Origin: Harriotta raleighana
Taxonomy: Eukaryota
Direction of reading: 5' to 3'
DNA length: 64,000 nt
Assembly: GCA_050575255.1 (NCBI GenBank)
Contig: JBNZDD010013686.1
Span: 4,088,801-4,152,800 of the forward strand
Shown here: piece after piece, positions 39,220 through 49,940 of the stretch
Position numbering within the stretch: position 1 is the first letter of the stretch
Layout: each line of letters opens with the position of its first letter
Program-made: the position numbers and the translations under genes
Notes under the pieces: model-generated
What the model was told of the DNA's origin: nothing
Seen by the model: the letters and a program-made list of their open reading frames with translations, nothing else
Database searches by the model: none

Positions 39220-42200
39220 CTGCAACGAAACCGGGTAATAAGTGAATCCATTGCATGATAAAGTTGCAGCAAACTGCATTTGCCTTTTGAATCTTTTGCA
39301 ACTTTGTGGCCTCTTTTTAAAAATATATAAAAACACACAGGCAGAGATACTTTTAAAGTAAAACATGTTAGCCTACCTGCAGACCGCTTCCATTCTCTGC
39401 TATCAAAGGGATTAATAAATGGAAATATCCTCTCACTGGGGAGGGCGAAAGGAGAAGTCAACCCTGGCACATAGAACATCAAAGGTACACGGGTAGCTAC
39501 ATCAAAGTTGCTGTATTTCGCCCATTCTCCATGTTCTCCCAGTGACCAACCTAAAGAACGAAAACAGAAAGGGCAAATTGACTTCACACTCTCTGCGAAC
39601 AATTTCACATCGATCGGAGCGTGATTATGGCGATGCATCCACAGCCAGAAAAGAGCAGAAATGTATTGGTTATCATCACTATAGGTTGTCCTCTTCCAAT
39701 TGAGGGTCTATGTTTGTGTTCAAAGTTGCTACAATAACAGTAGAGGTTCAAAAATGTGTCTGGATGGATCATAGGCCATCAGGCCAGTCAACACAAGTCT
39801 ATATGTTCTGGTCCGACCGTTTAGATAAACCTAGTTTAGAACAGGGACCTGTTTATATACATTTCTGTATGCCACCTCAAACAATACAGAGATGAATACC
39901 ACAAGTTCTGTTCTATAAACTTTATCATGCAAATAAAAACCAACATGAGAATATGCCACAGCAACCAATATCTGAGCAATTCAGCTCGTCGTTTGGGAAA
40001 ACAGCTCTACTGAAGCAGGCCCAGATGAGTGAATTGGATTTTTTTTTAATCACAAAATGAACTACGTACGAGCTTCAAGACCAATAATAATCCCGTAAAA
40101 AAAACAATAATAAAATTGGTTATTTTAATCCTTGACTGTTTGTGGGACACTGTGGTGCACAATTGTCTGCTACATTTCACTCACAAATATTCAGTCAATT
40201 CACTTTACAGTATTTTCTGTGAAGCGCTTTGAGATATCTAGAACTCATGAAAAGCGCTATACCAAATGCAAGGATTACTATTATTATTAAGACTAAAATA
40301 GGTTTAAGACAGTGATGACTAACATTTGATCACTGGCATATAAATATGAAGAAACATTTTAGCCTATGCGAAGCAATATGAACCTATTTGTAAACTCAGT
40401 AAAATTGTACATATATACATACCATGGTCAGAAGTAAATACGACAATTGTATCATTTGCTAGACCCAGTTCATCCAGAGCAGAGAGTAGTTGGCCAATTT
40501 GCACGTCGATGTAAGTGACAGCAGCAAAGTAGCTTTGGCGAATAAGTACCTATGAGATGTGAGGAATTAGATGAACAAACAAGCTGTTAACCTTCCTATC
40601 TAAACATACCTTATGATTTCAAGGTTTATTTTTTCCTCAGTCCACATATACTGGGCTATTCAGTACAGAAGTTTTGTTGGTATCTCAAAAGCAAGGATTA
40701 TCAAAGATGTTAAGTTTTAAACTACTCACTGCACTACATTGATCCTAATATTTCTGACTAAGAAAGAAAGATTTATTAGGATCAATGTAAGTGAGCAGTT
40801 AAACCTTAATATCCAAACACATTCTTTGGATTAAGACAACACCTCTGAAACTTAGTTTAGGACACTTAATTCATTAATTAGTGTGCAATTGGCTGTCACA
40901 TTTTACCCACAAAATATACAGTTACTACATTTTACAATCTATTCTGTGACGCACTTTGAGACATCTCAAAATTTGATAAGGCACTAAGTCAAATGCAGGG
41001 GTGATTATTAGTATGACTTTGCTACTTAACAGTGTAATTGAAGTGACTAGAGAATTCCACTTTGTCAAGCAAAAGGGGAGGTTTTTCAGTTTTAGAGCTG
41101 AAGAGAAAGCAAATTGCCAGAACCGGCAGTGGATAATTCCAATGTGTCCCAGTCTAACATAAGTTTTCTTCTCCTACATTCAGTGGAACCAATATGTTCT
41201 TATATGGAGTATACCTATTTCAATACAAGGTGATCTTTGAACAGAGTTGTCTCAATCTGAAGTACAGTATGCAAATATTAAGCATCAACTGAATTTTTGT
41301 ACTTAAAAAAAATTTCCCTAGTATTTTTTCAACTCACACTTTGAAGCATCTTTATTAATTAGAATTGTACAATACGTGTTAGAATATTAGGGAAAAGCTT
41401 GAGTTGTGTCCAGCTGAAGGGAATGAAATTCAGTGTACTCAGAGGTAGCGAACACAATAATGACTGTTGCCTGTTGTTATTTGCAAGCAAGTTCAGTTCT
41501 CTGTTAAAATCTTAAAGGGGTTTCATTTATTCCCATGTGTAAAGAAAGCTGCTTTCTCATTTTAAAATGTAAAATATACTTACCTGAAAGTCATTCGGAA
41601 TGGGTCCATATGGAAAACTTAGGTTTAGCGCCTGCACGTCATCTCTTTTTCTTAGATCAGTCCATGGGTTGTACGCCACTGGGGGAAGTTTTGGTGGTAT
41701 TTTGGGATCTGGTGCGAGAGGAATTTCTTCCCGTGGATACAATTTCAAAAATTCCTAAACGCAAAATATCATTGCACATCATTTACGGAGCTGGTTTTTA
41801 AGGAAGTTCCTAGAAATCCAAAAGCAATTCTGTATACTCACCCAATTACTTGTAGCTGATAAGAGTTACAGTTTAAAACATGCAGCCAGATTTACTTTTG
41901 CAAATGGTATTAGCCACAGGAAAAAGGCAATCAAAATGGGAGTTATAGAATCCACACAATTCTTATATTTGCACAATTGTTAAGATAATACACTGACATT
42001 TTCTTCTTACACAAAAGTATGTTTGCATCTAACCTGCTGCCACCCAGCATCGATTTCTATTTTATTGCTGGTGGTGTCTAAGGTGTTGAGGTTTCACAAA
42101 CACACCAAGACTCAGAAGTTGGCAATGTACTGTATTCCAAGAGTGGTTTGAATTTCTTTTAGTACAAAAGATAGAATTAGCTCACCAGTGCTTGAGAGTG

Positions 42201-45200
42201 CTCATCATAAGTTATTCAGTGTTCCAAACACAAAAGAAAAGATCATGCAGTTACTGTTCATTGCTGGTTTTACAAGGCCGGTTTGGCCATTTTCCAGACA
42301 AATGTTTTACAACATTAGTTGTACATATAGATCTCTCCCAAATGCACTCGCCTGGATTATACAATCCTTTTCTTACCTGAGGATATTTCAGTGGAATGTG
42401 TGGTTTATGGTAGCCAACAGCCAAAAAGAAGGGTTGTTTGGTATTTTTCACGCTCTTCATTAATTTAATTGCCTCCTCAGTACTTTGCATATCAGGCAGT
42501 GTCTGTTCTGGCATTTCCTCAACGTTCACTGGACAAACCAAGTTAGCATGTTTTGCACCATCTGGGCCTTTGCAGACCTGACCAAACAGAAGCCTAGTTA
42601 ATAAAGTTAGTGATGTAGCAATATTCAATAGTGAATGTACCTTAGCAGCTGATCTATTGAACTATTAACAATTCATTTTTGCAGGTTGGAGCCTTAAATG
42701 TGTACCTTTCATGCAAGGAAAATATTACGTTTCAGTATGCTTAACCATTCATCAACGCTGTAAATTTACTGATCTCAAGTGGTCACTTTTCAATCCATTA
42801 AAAACAGAGCATTTTGATATGACAATCTGTTGGGTAAGAATAATTATTCTCACAACAGAAACAAATCTCTTTTTGATACAAAAATATGGCCCATTCGTCT
42901 ATAGAGAGGTTGAGTTAAGGTCTTTTAGAATTGTAAAACCAATCCACTGAGATCTTGAGGATCGTGTCACCCAACCCTCCTTCTGAGACAGCAATTTGGG
43001 ACAGGATGAAAGTGCACGCACGTACTGAGAGAGACAAGAGCTAAGCATATCAGAGCCAGTAAAAGCAACCCAAACTTTTTTTTTGGAAAGGCAGAAAATG
43101 GAGGGAAAAGATAACAATTTCTGAATTAAAATTCAGTATCTTCTCTATTTCTCATGATCAATGTGTGCAATTGTGTTGTTCCCTCTAGTGAAGCCATTAA
43201 TGTAGCGTTCTAATTCTTCCATAATACTAAAACCTTGCAGCTACAAGCAACTACTGTTAACGATTTCAAAATTTGATCAGTACCTTAGCGTCTCTATATT
43301 TCTCAGTTGAAGGATGAAACGGTCGAGTAGACCAGCTGTATGGATAATCATCAGTGTGGTTGGACACAATCCCTGGAAGAGGAAGAACATTTCAATTAAC
43401 AAGTGTCAGTATTATTCAACATTTTGCTTGTCCACAGAAAGCAGGTAGTCCTACCTGGATGAAATATTTTTCCTACAGACATGGTTAAGTAACCATTCTC
43501 CTTGAAGTACTGAGGAAGTGTGGTATAGTTCCCAGCATGGGTCCTCCAGTAAGACTTAACGTCAAAGAGTCTAGTTGTATCAGGTCGACGGCTGGTTAAA
43601 AATGATGTTCTACTGGGTCCGCATAGAGCTTGCTAAAATAGATTTTTTTTAAAAAGCCACACTTTATCATTCATAAAATGTGCATTAACACTTCTCCAAG
43701 CAAAACATGATCTTAATTGACATAACATTGATTTGCAACACTATTCAATTGTGCGTAATTTTTTAAAAAAATCCAAGCTAAACTGAGTTCTGTGCCTACA
43801 TTTGCTCTCCCGTATTTAAGCAAAAACAATCTTGAGATATTATCCACAAAAATGTCAATTGCACACAAAAAAAAATGTCTATTGCTTATTTCACTGGCTT
43901 TTACCTCTTCTAATAAAATTCAAACAAGTGGTTTTGAAAATAATGAAAATATGTGATCTGGGAATCTAGCAGGATCATCTGTGTCTAATGAAACCACAAG
44001 ATTATAGGTATATAAATAGTAAAATTCCTTGCATTTGATGTAGGGCTTTTCACATCTCATCAACGTCTCAAAGCGCTTCACAGAATACCGTAAAGTGAAT
44101 TGAATGTATATTTGTGGGCAAAAATGTACCACATACAGAATTTTCACTAGGGGAACATAGTAGATTATGGTAGGGCAAACCTTAGGCAAGTTTCCTTATT
44201 CCACAAGCCCGTTAATAATCTGTCAAGAAAAAAAATTGGTCACTTCAATCCATGACTGTGGGATCTTGCTGTGCGCAATTGGCTGCCACGTTTTGCCCAC
44301 AAATATACACTCAATTCACTTTACAGTATATTCTGTGAAGCGCTTTGAGGCATCTAGAAGAATTGAAAAGCGCTATATCAAATGCAAGGATTATGATAAA
44401 TGTTATTCAAACCACAGATTCATTTACCAAAACACATACTTGGGCAAATGCATTTTTGAAAAGAGCACTCCTCGAGGCAAGTTGGTCAATGTTTGGTGAT
44501 TTGACTATCTGATCTCCGTAACATCCCAAGGTCGTTCGCAGGTCGTCGGCAACGATGAGAAGCACGTTTGATTTCTCTGCAGAGAAAAGATTGTCAGACC
44601 TTCAATATGCCTTGTTTTAAAAATCCAGTTCCTCTGATTAAAGATCCAGCTCCTCCTGTCCTTGTTAACTCAGCAGCAGCAACTGTTGAGAACATTAATC
44701 TCTTGGCCTAACAGTGGCATAAAATGCAATGAAGAAGCTCCTTTACTCATAGTTGTAATCGAGTTGATTAAATAACTGACTGAATGAAGGGAAGGAAGTA
44801 GGGAATTGTTATCAGCAGATTCACTGACAAATGAAGTTAAGTGAGGACAGACGCAATAGTTTCATAAAGGAACTACTGAAGTTCCTCTTAGCTAGAGGCT
44901 TTCGTGTCATATGGGCTGAAGTTCTGCTAGATGTTTCCAAAAGTGGGATTGACAATGCAAATGGAAATTCCCCCATTATAATCACATTACCAAAGCGACT
45001 GTCCAAAACACCGGCTGAAACTTCAGCCGAATTGGATTTAGAAATGCACACAAGATTGGTTTGTATGAAAAGGGCTCTTTGACCCCATCTGATCTCATCC
45101 CTCCAAAACCCGCACCCTACTATCCCCCCACCACACCAACCAGTTACTGCTGGATAAACAACAAAATTACTTTTGTACAGCGCGTTTCACGTCGGGAGGA

Positions 45201-46332
45201 CGTCCCAAGGCGCTGGACAGTCAGTGTGTCAGACCCGAGCTGGGGTTGGGATCTGGGAGGATGGGGGGGAAGAAAGGGCGACCGAAGGCACGTTCAAAGA
45301 GGAGGGTCTTGAGCTGGGACTAGAAGGAAGCTAGAGAGGGGGGAAGGGGGAGGGATTGCGGGATATAATTCCAAAGGTTGGGGGGCAAACAGAGGAATGT
45401 GGAGTAAGCAAACTGGCCTAAGTTATCAACCCAGCAAAGTACCTTCAAGAAAGGAGCGGAAAATACATTTTAAAAGTACATTTTGAAGTCTTGATTTCAA
45501 ATGTGGGTATCTGATCACTCTGTTTAAAACAATACATTTTCACTCATCAAGGCAGGTTGCTACACATATTGATATAGCGCTTTTCACATCTTATCAACGT
45601 CCCAAAGCGCTTCACAGAATATACTGTAAAATGAATTGACTGTATATTTCTGGGCGGAACGCGGCAGCCAATTGCGCACAGCAGCGTCCCCCACAAACAG
45701 TCGTGGATTGAAAATGACCAATTTTATTATTCTGTTTTTTTTTGGAGGGATTATTATTAGGCATGTGGAGTAAGGAAACTTGCCCAAGGTTTCGCCCTGA
45801 TCTGCCTGGATTCGAACACAGGTCTCATGCTTGTAAGGCATGTAAGGCGAGTGCTCTAACCACTGAGCCACAGGAGCTCCAAAAAAATGCAAGGATTATT
45901 ATTACACATAAAATACACACACTCACAAAACACATACAATACACACACACACACACATACAATACACACACACACACCACATACAATACATACACACCCA
46001 CAAACACATACAATACACCCACAACACATACAATACACACACACACACTTGACAAACCCTAATGTACATTTCAGGAAGCTAGAAAACTCCAAATGTGCGA
46101 GGGGAGGGTTTGATTCTGTGTTAAAAAAAACATTTGGAGAGATGGGGGAGGGGGAAGCTGTACATACAACAGGATTCGTTTCGTTTCACTGACTGGAAAT
46201 TTCGAAAGTCGTTCTGTTTAAGCTGCTGTCAGTTTGCAACTGGAGCTAACCTTTCTTCCACGTAAATCCCTGGGCTTCTCTGGGAGACAAGACCCAGCAA
46301 ACCACCACAGCAGCCAGCAGCCTCCCCAGCAT
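38756..46332 (-). CDS. IDS: Iduronate 2-sulfatase, whole spliced gene (9 coding exons, 1623 nt CDS, about 540 aa)
   Basis: Exons assembled by hand, with GT-AG at all 8 introns and consistent phases. Signal peptide, ADDLR, CGPSR (FGly cysteine), GKIFH, GYHKPH, TSDHG, WAKYS and AYSQYPRP motifs all match the IDS family. Confidence 0.97.
39377..39550 (-). CDS. IDS: IDS exon 8 ([29 protein letters not shown]...REWKRSA)
   Basis: 174 nt, ctttag acceptor, G|gtaggc donor. Confidence 0.97.
40083..40288 (+). mobile_element. 5'-truncated SINE in IDS intron 7
   Basis: Core ctgtttgtgggacactg plus tail aaatgcaaggattactattatt. Confidence 0.85.
40423..40549 (-). CDS. IDS: IDS exon 7 ([42 protein letters not shown])
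   Basis: 127 nt, catag acceptor, gtatgt donor, SDHG motif. Not in the ORF track. Confidence 0.97.
40881..41010 (+). mobile_element. SINE 3' fragment in IDS intron 6
   Basis: Diverged core and tail. Confidence 0.7.
41584..41754 (-). CDS. IDS: IDS exon 6 ([17 protein letters not shown]...[10 protein letters not shown])
   Basis: 171 nt, tttag acceptor, CAG|gtaagt donor. Confidence 0.97.
42377..42577 (-). CDS. IDS: IDS exon 5 ([17 protein letters not shown]...[18 protein letters not shown])
   Basis: 201 nt, inside ORF 42251..42628, CAG|gtaaga donor. Confidence 0.97.
43284..43372 (-). CDS. IDS: IDS exon 4 ([29 protein letters not shown])
   Basis: 89 nt, cttccag acceptor, gtactg donor. The preceding intron is only 82 nt. 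Confidence 0.96.
43455..43632 (-). CDS. IDS: IDS exon 3 ([22 protein letters not shown]...MSVGKIFHP), catalytic cysteine
   Basis: 178 nt, ttttag acceptor, gtagga donor, sulfatase CxPSR signature. Confidence 0.97.
44022..44123 (-). mobile_element. SINE 3' fragment in IDS intron 2
   Basis: Reverse-complement tail. Confidence 0.85.
44169..44398 (+). mobile_element. SINE lacking the tRNA head in IDS intron 2, inverted relative to 44022-44123
   Basis: Core and tail match the family. Confidence 0.88.
44440..44576 (-). CDS. IDS: IDS exon 2 ([45 protein letters not shown])
   Basis: 137 nt, tgcag acceptor, gtatgt donor, metal-binding DD motif. Not in the ORF track. Confidence 0.96.
45158..45390 (-). 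mobile_element. L2 LINE 3' end in IDS intron 1
   Basis: Reverse-complement L2 tail and C-rich 3' UTR. Confidence 0.85.
45561..45910. mobile_element. SINE with inverted body (45569-45880, minus) and sense tail (about 45885-45902), flanked by TACACATA direct repeats
   Basis: The minus-strand body lacks the last tail segment, which follows the head on the plus strand. 8-bp direct repeats at 45561-45568 and 45903-45910. Confidence 0.85.
45903..46048. repeat. Degenerate (CA)n microsatellite in IDS intron 1
   Basis: Seen directly. Confidence 0.95.
46251..46332 (-). CDS. IDS: IDS coding exon 1 (signal peptide [27 protein letters not shown])
   Basis: ccaccATG Kozak context, hydrophobic signal peptide, and donor AAG|gttagc in phase 1, matching exon 2. 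Confidence 0.8.
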
Positions 46333-46811
46333 GGTGGAACCTACAAAGGCAGCAAAGGACTCATTAAAAATCAATCAGTGCATTGGATTCGATGGCTGAG
46401 CAAAATCTCCAGCTAAAGGGTCTTCCAGAACAAGCTCCAATCTCTCCCTGCAGCTGATGTGGAGATCCATGTGATTCAGTCACTTCACACCGTCCCTCCC
46501 CACCACAGTGAAGGTTCCGCTCAGTGAAGCTTCTTGCTGGTGAAACCAAATGTCAATCAGTATGCTAAGCTTTAACCCTCTGCTTTCTCTTTCCTCTCTC
46601 TCTCTCTTGTTTCCAGGCTCCTTCCTTCCTTCCCTCCCTCCCTCCCAAAGCTGGGTGAAAGTGCCAGAATTGAGGAAGAGTTGTTTGCTGATGGAAGCGA
46701 AGTGGGGAATTCACAAACACGCCATTTAGAAGATGCTCCACTCGCAGCAACAACCATTTGCACTTATAATGATGGAAATCCTTGCATCGGATTATCGCGT
46801 CTCAGAAGAAC

Positions 46812-46917
46812 GATGATCCTTGCATTTGAGATGGCGCTTTTCACATCTTCTGGACGTCTCAAAGTGCTTCGCGGAATAAACTGCAAAGCGAATTGACTGC
46901 CTATCTGTGGGCGAAAC
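46812..46917 (-). mobile_element. SINE 3' fragment
   Basis: atccttgcatttgagatggcgcttttcac...tgtgggcgaaac. Confidence 0.8.
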
Positions 46918-47472
46918 AGAGAGGAGGGTGATGAAGAGGCGTTCCAAAGGGGCCCTGAATGTGAAGTGAAGGGGCTGGAGGGGAGGTGGGAGACACGAGA
47001 ACCAAGAATGGATGGGTCTGATAGGCTTGTGAATCCTGTATTAAAAAAATTGCTGTTTATTAACTTACCACAACAACAGGAAGAACAAGGCTTTTAACTT
47101 GCAATGATAGTTGCTCACTCTTTGAAGTAGAAATATTAATGTTGATTTCCTACAATGTAGCCTAAGGGCACCATTAGATGTTGCTGTCTTTCTGAAGGAC
47201 GCTTTCAACCTATGCACACAGTGCTATCAGTATGATCACTTTGCCTTCGGGAAATCCCTTACCGCACTATTAACTTCATATTCTTCAAGTCACAGATTTC
47301 CATATTGACTCCGACAACATTCCCTCTGAGGATACTTTAACTTCTTATTTCTTGCACGACTCAAGACTCAAGACTGGGGGTGACTGAACAACAGATTCAG
47401 TGCCATTGTGACAAAAGCACTGTTACTTTTTGTATTTTATTGTAAATAAAGTGCAAGAGGTTGTGGTTTCGA

Positions 47473-47915
47473 CTCCATTGACTCCCCATCACCCAGAGGA
47501 TTCAATTCAAGATCCTCGTCCTCACCTTTAATGCCATTCATAGCCCTGCCCCACCCTACTCTGTGACATCCTAAGCCCCTACCAACCTGCCCACTCCCTC
47601 CACTCAGCGGGCTCCGACCTGCTCCATGTCCCTAGACCCACCCATTCCTCCATTGGCGGGCAAGCCTTCAGCCACTCTGCCCCTAACCTCTGGAATTTCA
47701 TCCCGCAATTCCTCTGCCTCGCCCCCCTCCCTAGCCTCTTTCAAGTCCCGCCTCAAGACCCTGCTCTTCGACGGTCCCATCAGTCACCCCCATCTCCTCT
47801 CCATTCTGTCCAACCACCCCGATCCCGGCTGGAGTCTGAAACATTGATTTTCCAGCTTCTTGGGACGTCCTCCCAACGTGAAAGGCGCCATACAAATATG
47901 GAATGATTCTTGATT
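47473..47915 (+). mobile_element. L2 LINE 3' end with degenerate ORF2 C-terminus
   Basis: Translates LH*LPITQRIQFKILVLTFNAIHSPAPPY, the L2 ORF2 motif. Tail ttgggacgtcctcccaacgtgaaaggcgc. Confidence 0.88.
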
Positions 47916-47949
47916 CTTTAAAGGCTCAGAGCTAGAGTTACAATGCATT

Positions 47950-48245
47950 GTCTGAGGTGTCGTCCTTCAGATGAGATATTAAACCAATGTCTCATCTGTC
48001 TGTACAAGTGGATGATGAAAATAGCTTAGCATTACTGTACAGTACTCAAAAAAAGAGAAGGGAGTTTCTCCCAGTTTCCAGGCTAATAATCCCCCAGATA
48101 CTATTGATTATTCAATTCATGGCTGATCGTGGGAAAATGTTGGATGCCAATTGGTTGTCGAGTTTGCTCACCAAACACATAGTCACTACACTTTACGGGA
48201 AATCAGACACAGTGATTTGAGACATCCACCTGGTGTGAAATGTTA
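47950..48245 (+). mobile_element. Older DeuSINE fragment
   Basis: gtcgtccttcagatgagatattaaacc Deu-domain start and a degenerate tail. Confidence 0.6.
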
Positions 48246-48630
48246 TCATCATGATATCTATTCCAGAGACTCATAGGAACTGTACTTTGTTCTTATAAGG
48301 AATTGCAAGCGAGTTGATGTATTTCCAGTTTCCCTATTCAGGAATCCCGTTAGAAACTCTTGTAAGGTTAGCCCTCATTATCTACTTTTTAAGGACACAT
48401 GGTAGCAGAGCACACGGCATAGCAAAGAGGAATGTGCAGAATAATAAATTAGGGCTCCTTATTTAATGACTCGCTTATTTAATAATACACGCAGCGGTGA
48501 CAAACACTAGGAAGTTTCAAGATCAAAAAGGAAAGGGAACCCATTGAACATAAACAGTTGCCAGAATCTTGGGAGGAGTGATAATGAGGAGCGACATGAA
48601 AAATATAGCGCTAAGCACAATTCTTAAAAA

Positions 48631-48876
48631 AACAATAACAATCCTTGCATTGGATCTAGCGTTTTTCACGTCTTCTAGACGTTTCAAAGCGCTTCACAGA
48701 AATATATTGTAAAAGTGAATTGAGGGATTAGGGGATATGGGGATAGGGCAGGTAATTAGAGTTAGGTCAGAAGATCAGCCATGATCTCATTGAATGGCGG
48801 GGCGGGCTCGAAGGACCAAATGGCCTACTCCTGTTCCTAATTCTTATGTTCTTATGTACATTTTGTGGGAGAAACG
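48631..48876 (-). mobile_element. SINE 3' fragment interrupted by a CR1 3' end
   Basis: The SINE breaks at gtgaattga (48723) and resumes at tacattttgtgggagaaacg (48857). Confidence 0.8.
48724..48856 (+). mobile_element. CR1-clade LINE 3' end (shark type)
   Basis: gatcagccatgatctcattgaatggcggggcgggctcgaaggaccaaatggcctactcctgttcct followed by an (TTCTTATG)2 terminal repeat. Confidence 0.85.
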
Positions 48877-49265
48877 ATCCAAAGAGCTGTGCGGTTTGGC
48901 GTCTTTAACTGACACCTGAGACACCAGGCGAAGAGAGACCACCCATTTATGCAGACATTCAGGAGGTTGGGCAGAATGTAATGCTGACAACAAGCTTGTG
49001 TGTGTGTGTGTGTGTGTGTGTGACAGAGAGAAAGAAAGAATAAATGTGTGTAACGTTCAGTAAAAACACTTAACAGTCAGGTTGTCACTGGGTACAAACG
49101 ACTGATAACATTGAGAGGAGGTGGGGGAGGGAATGAGGTTGTTCCTTTATGTTATTCCAACTCATTCTGTACAATAAATCCCCTGTTCTATGGTGGGGCT
49201 GGGTTGATGCAGTTGATGGTATTTTATGATTTGTGTGAGAGAGAGAGAGAGAGGTTTACTCGGTC

Positions 49266-49287
49266 CCTTATATGGAAAATGACGTGG
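49266..49287. promoter_or_regulatory. CArG box (CCTTATATGG) next to a CRE/UPRE-like TGACGTGG
   Basis: Exact CC(A/T)6GG match, with TGACGTGG 4 nt away, about 2.9 kb upstream of the IDS ATG. Motif evidence only. Confidence 0.35.
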
Positions 49288-49524
49288 AGGAGGGCAAGAC
49301 TCTCTGAAACAGATTAACATTTGATCTGGCAGCAGTCAATAGCAGAGAGAGAAAAGGGGAGAGAGAGAGTTGTGTGTGTGTGTGTGTGTGTCTAAGGGTC
49401 TGGAAGCCAGACCAGCCAACCATGCTAACACATTAGGATTTGTGCAATAAGAAAGAGTGTCAACTCCGATATAAAGCCATCAGCATCAATCACATCGATA
49501 GGTAAATAGTAACTGTTGCCATTT

Positions 49525-49940
49525 TTTGTGCTTGTGAATATGTATGTGTGAATATGTGAGTGTGTACGTATGTGAGTATTTCTCTGTGTGTGTATATGTG
49601 AGTGAGTATGTGTGAAATGTGAATGTGTGAGTGTGTATGTGACTTGTGTGTGCGTGTTTGGGTATGTGTGACATGTGAGTGTGTATGTATGTGTATGTGT
49701 GTGTGTATATATGTGATTGTGTGTGAAAATGTGACTGAGTAGGTGGGAAATGTGAGTATGTGTGTGAATGTGAGTGTGTGTGTGTGTGTGTTTGGTGAGT
49801 ATGTGTGTATGTGTATGTATGTGTGAAATGTGAGTGTGTGAGTGTATGTGAGTTATGTATATGTGGCTGTGTGTATGTGAGTATGTGAGAAATGTGAGTG
49901 TGTATGTGTGTGTATGTGTCTGTGTGTGTGAGTGTGTATA
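49525..49940. repeat. Long degenerate (TG)n tract, with nearby (TG)n/(GA)n at 48998-49022, 49235-49253, 49344-49391 and 50035-50160
   Basis: Seen directly. Confidence 0.95.

Larger units (their letters stand above)
37351..39379. repeat. 1014-bp tandem direct repeat (37351-38364 and 38366-39379) separated by a single N
   Basis: The copies look identical by eye and give identical ORF translations. The N at 38365 sits exactly at the junction. Confidence 0.95.
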
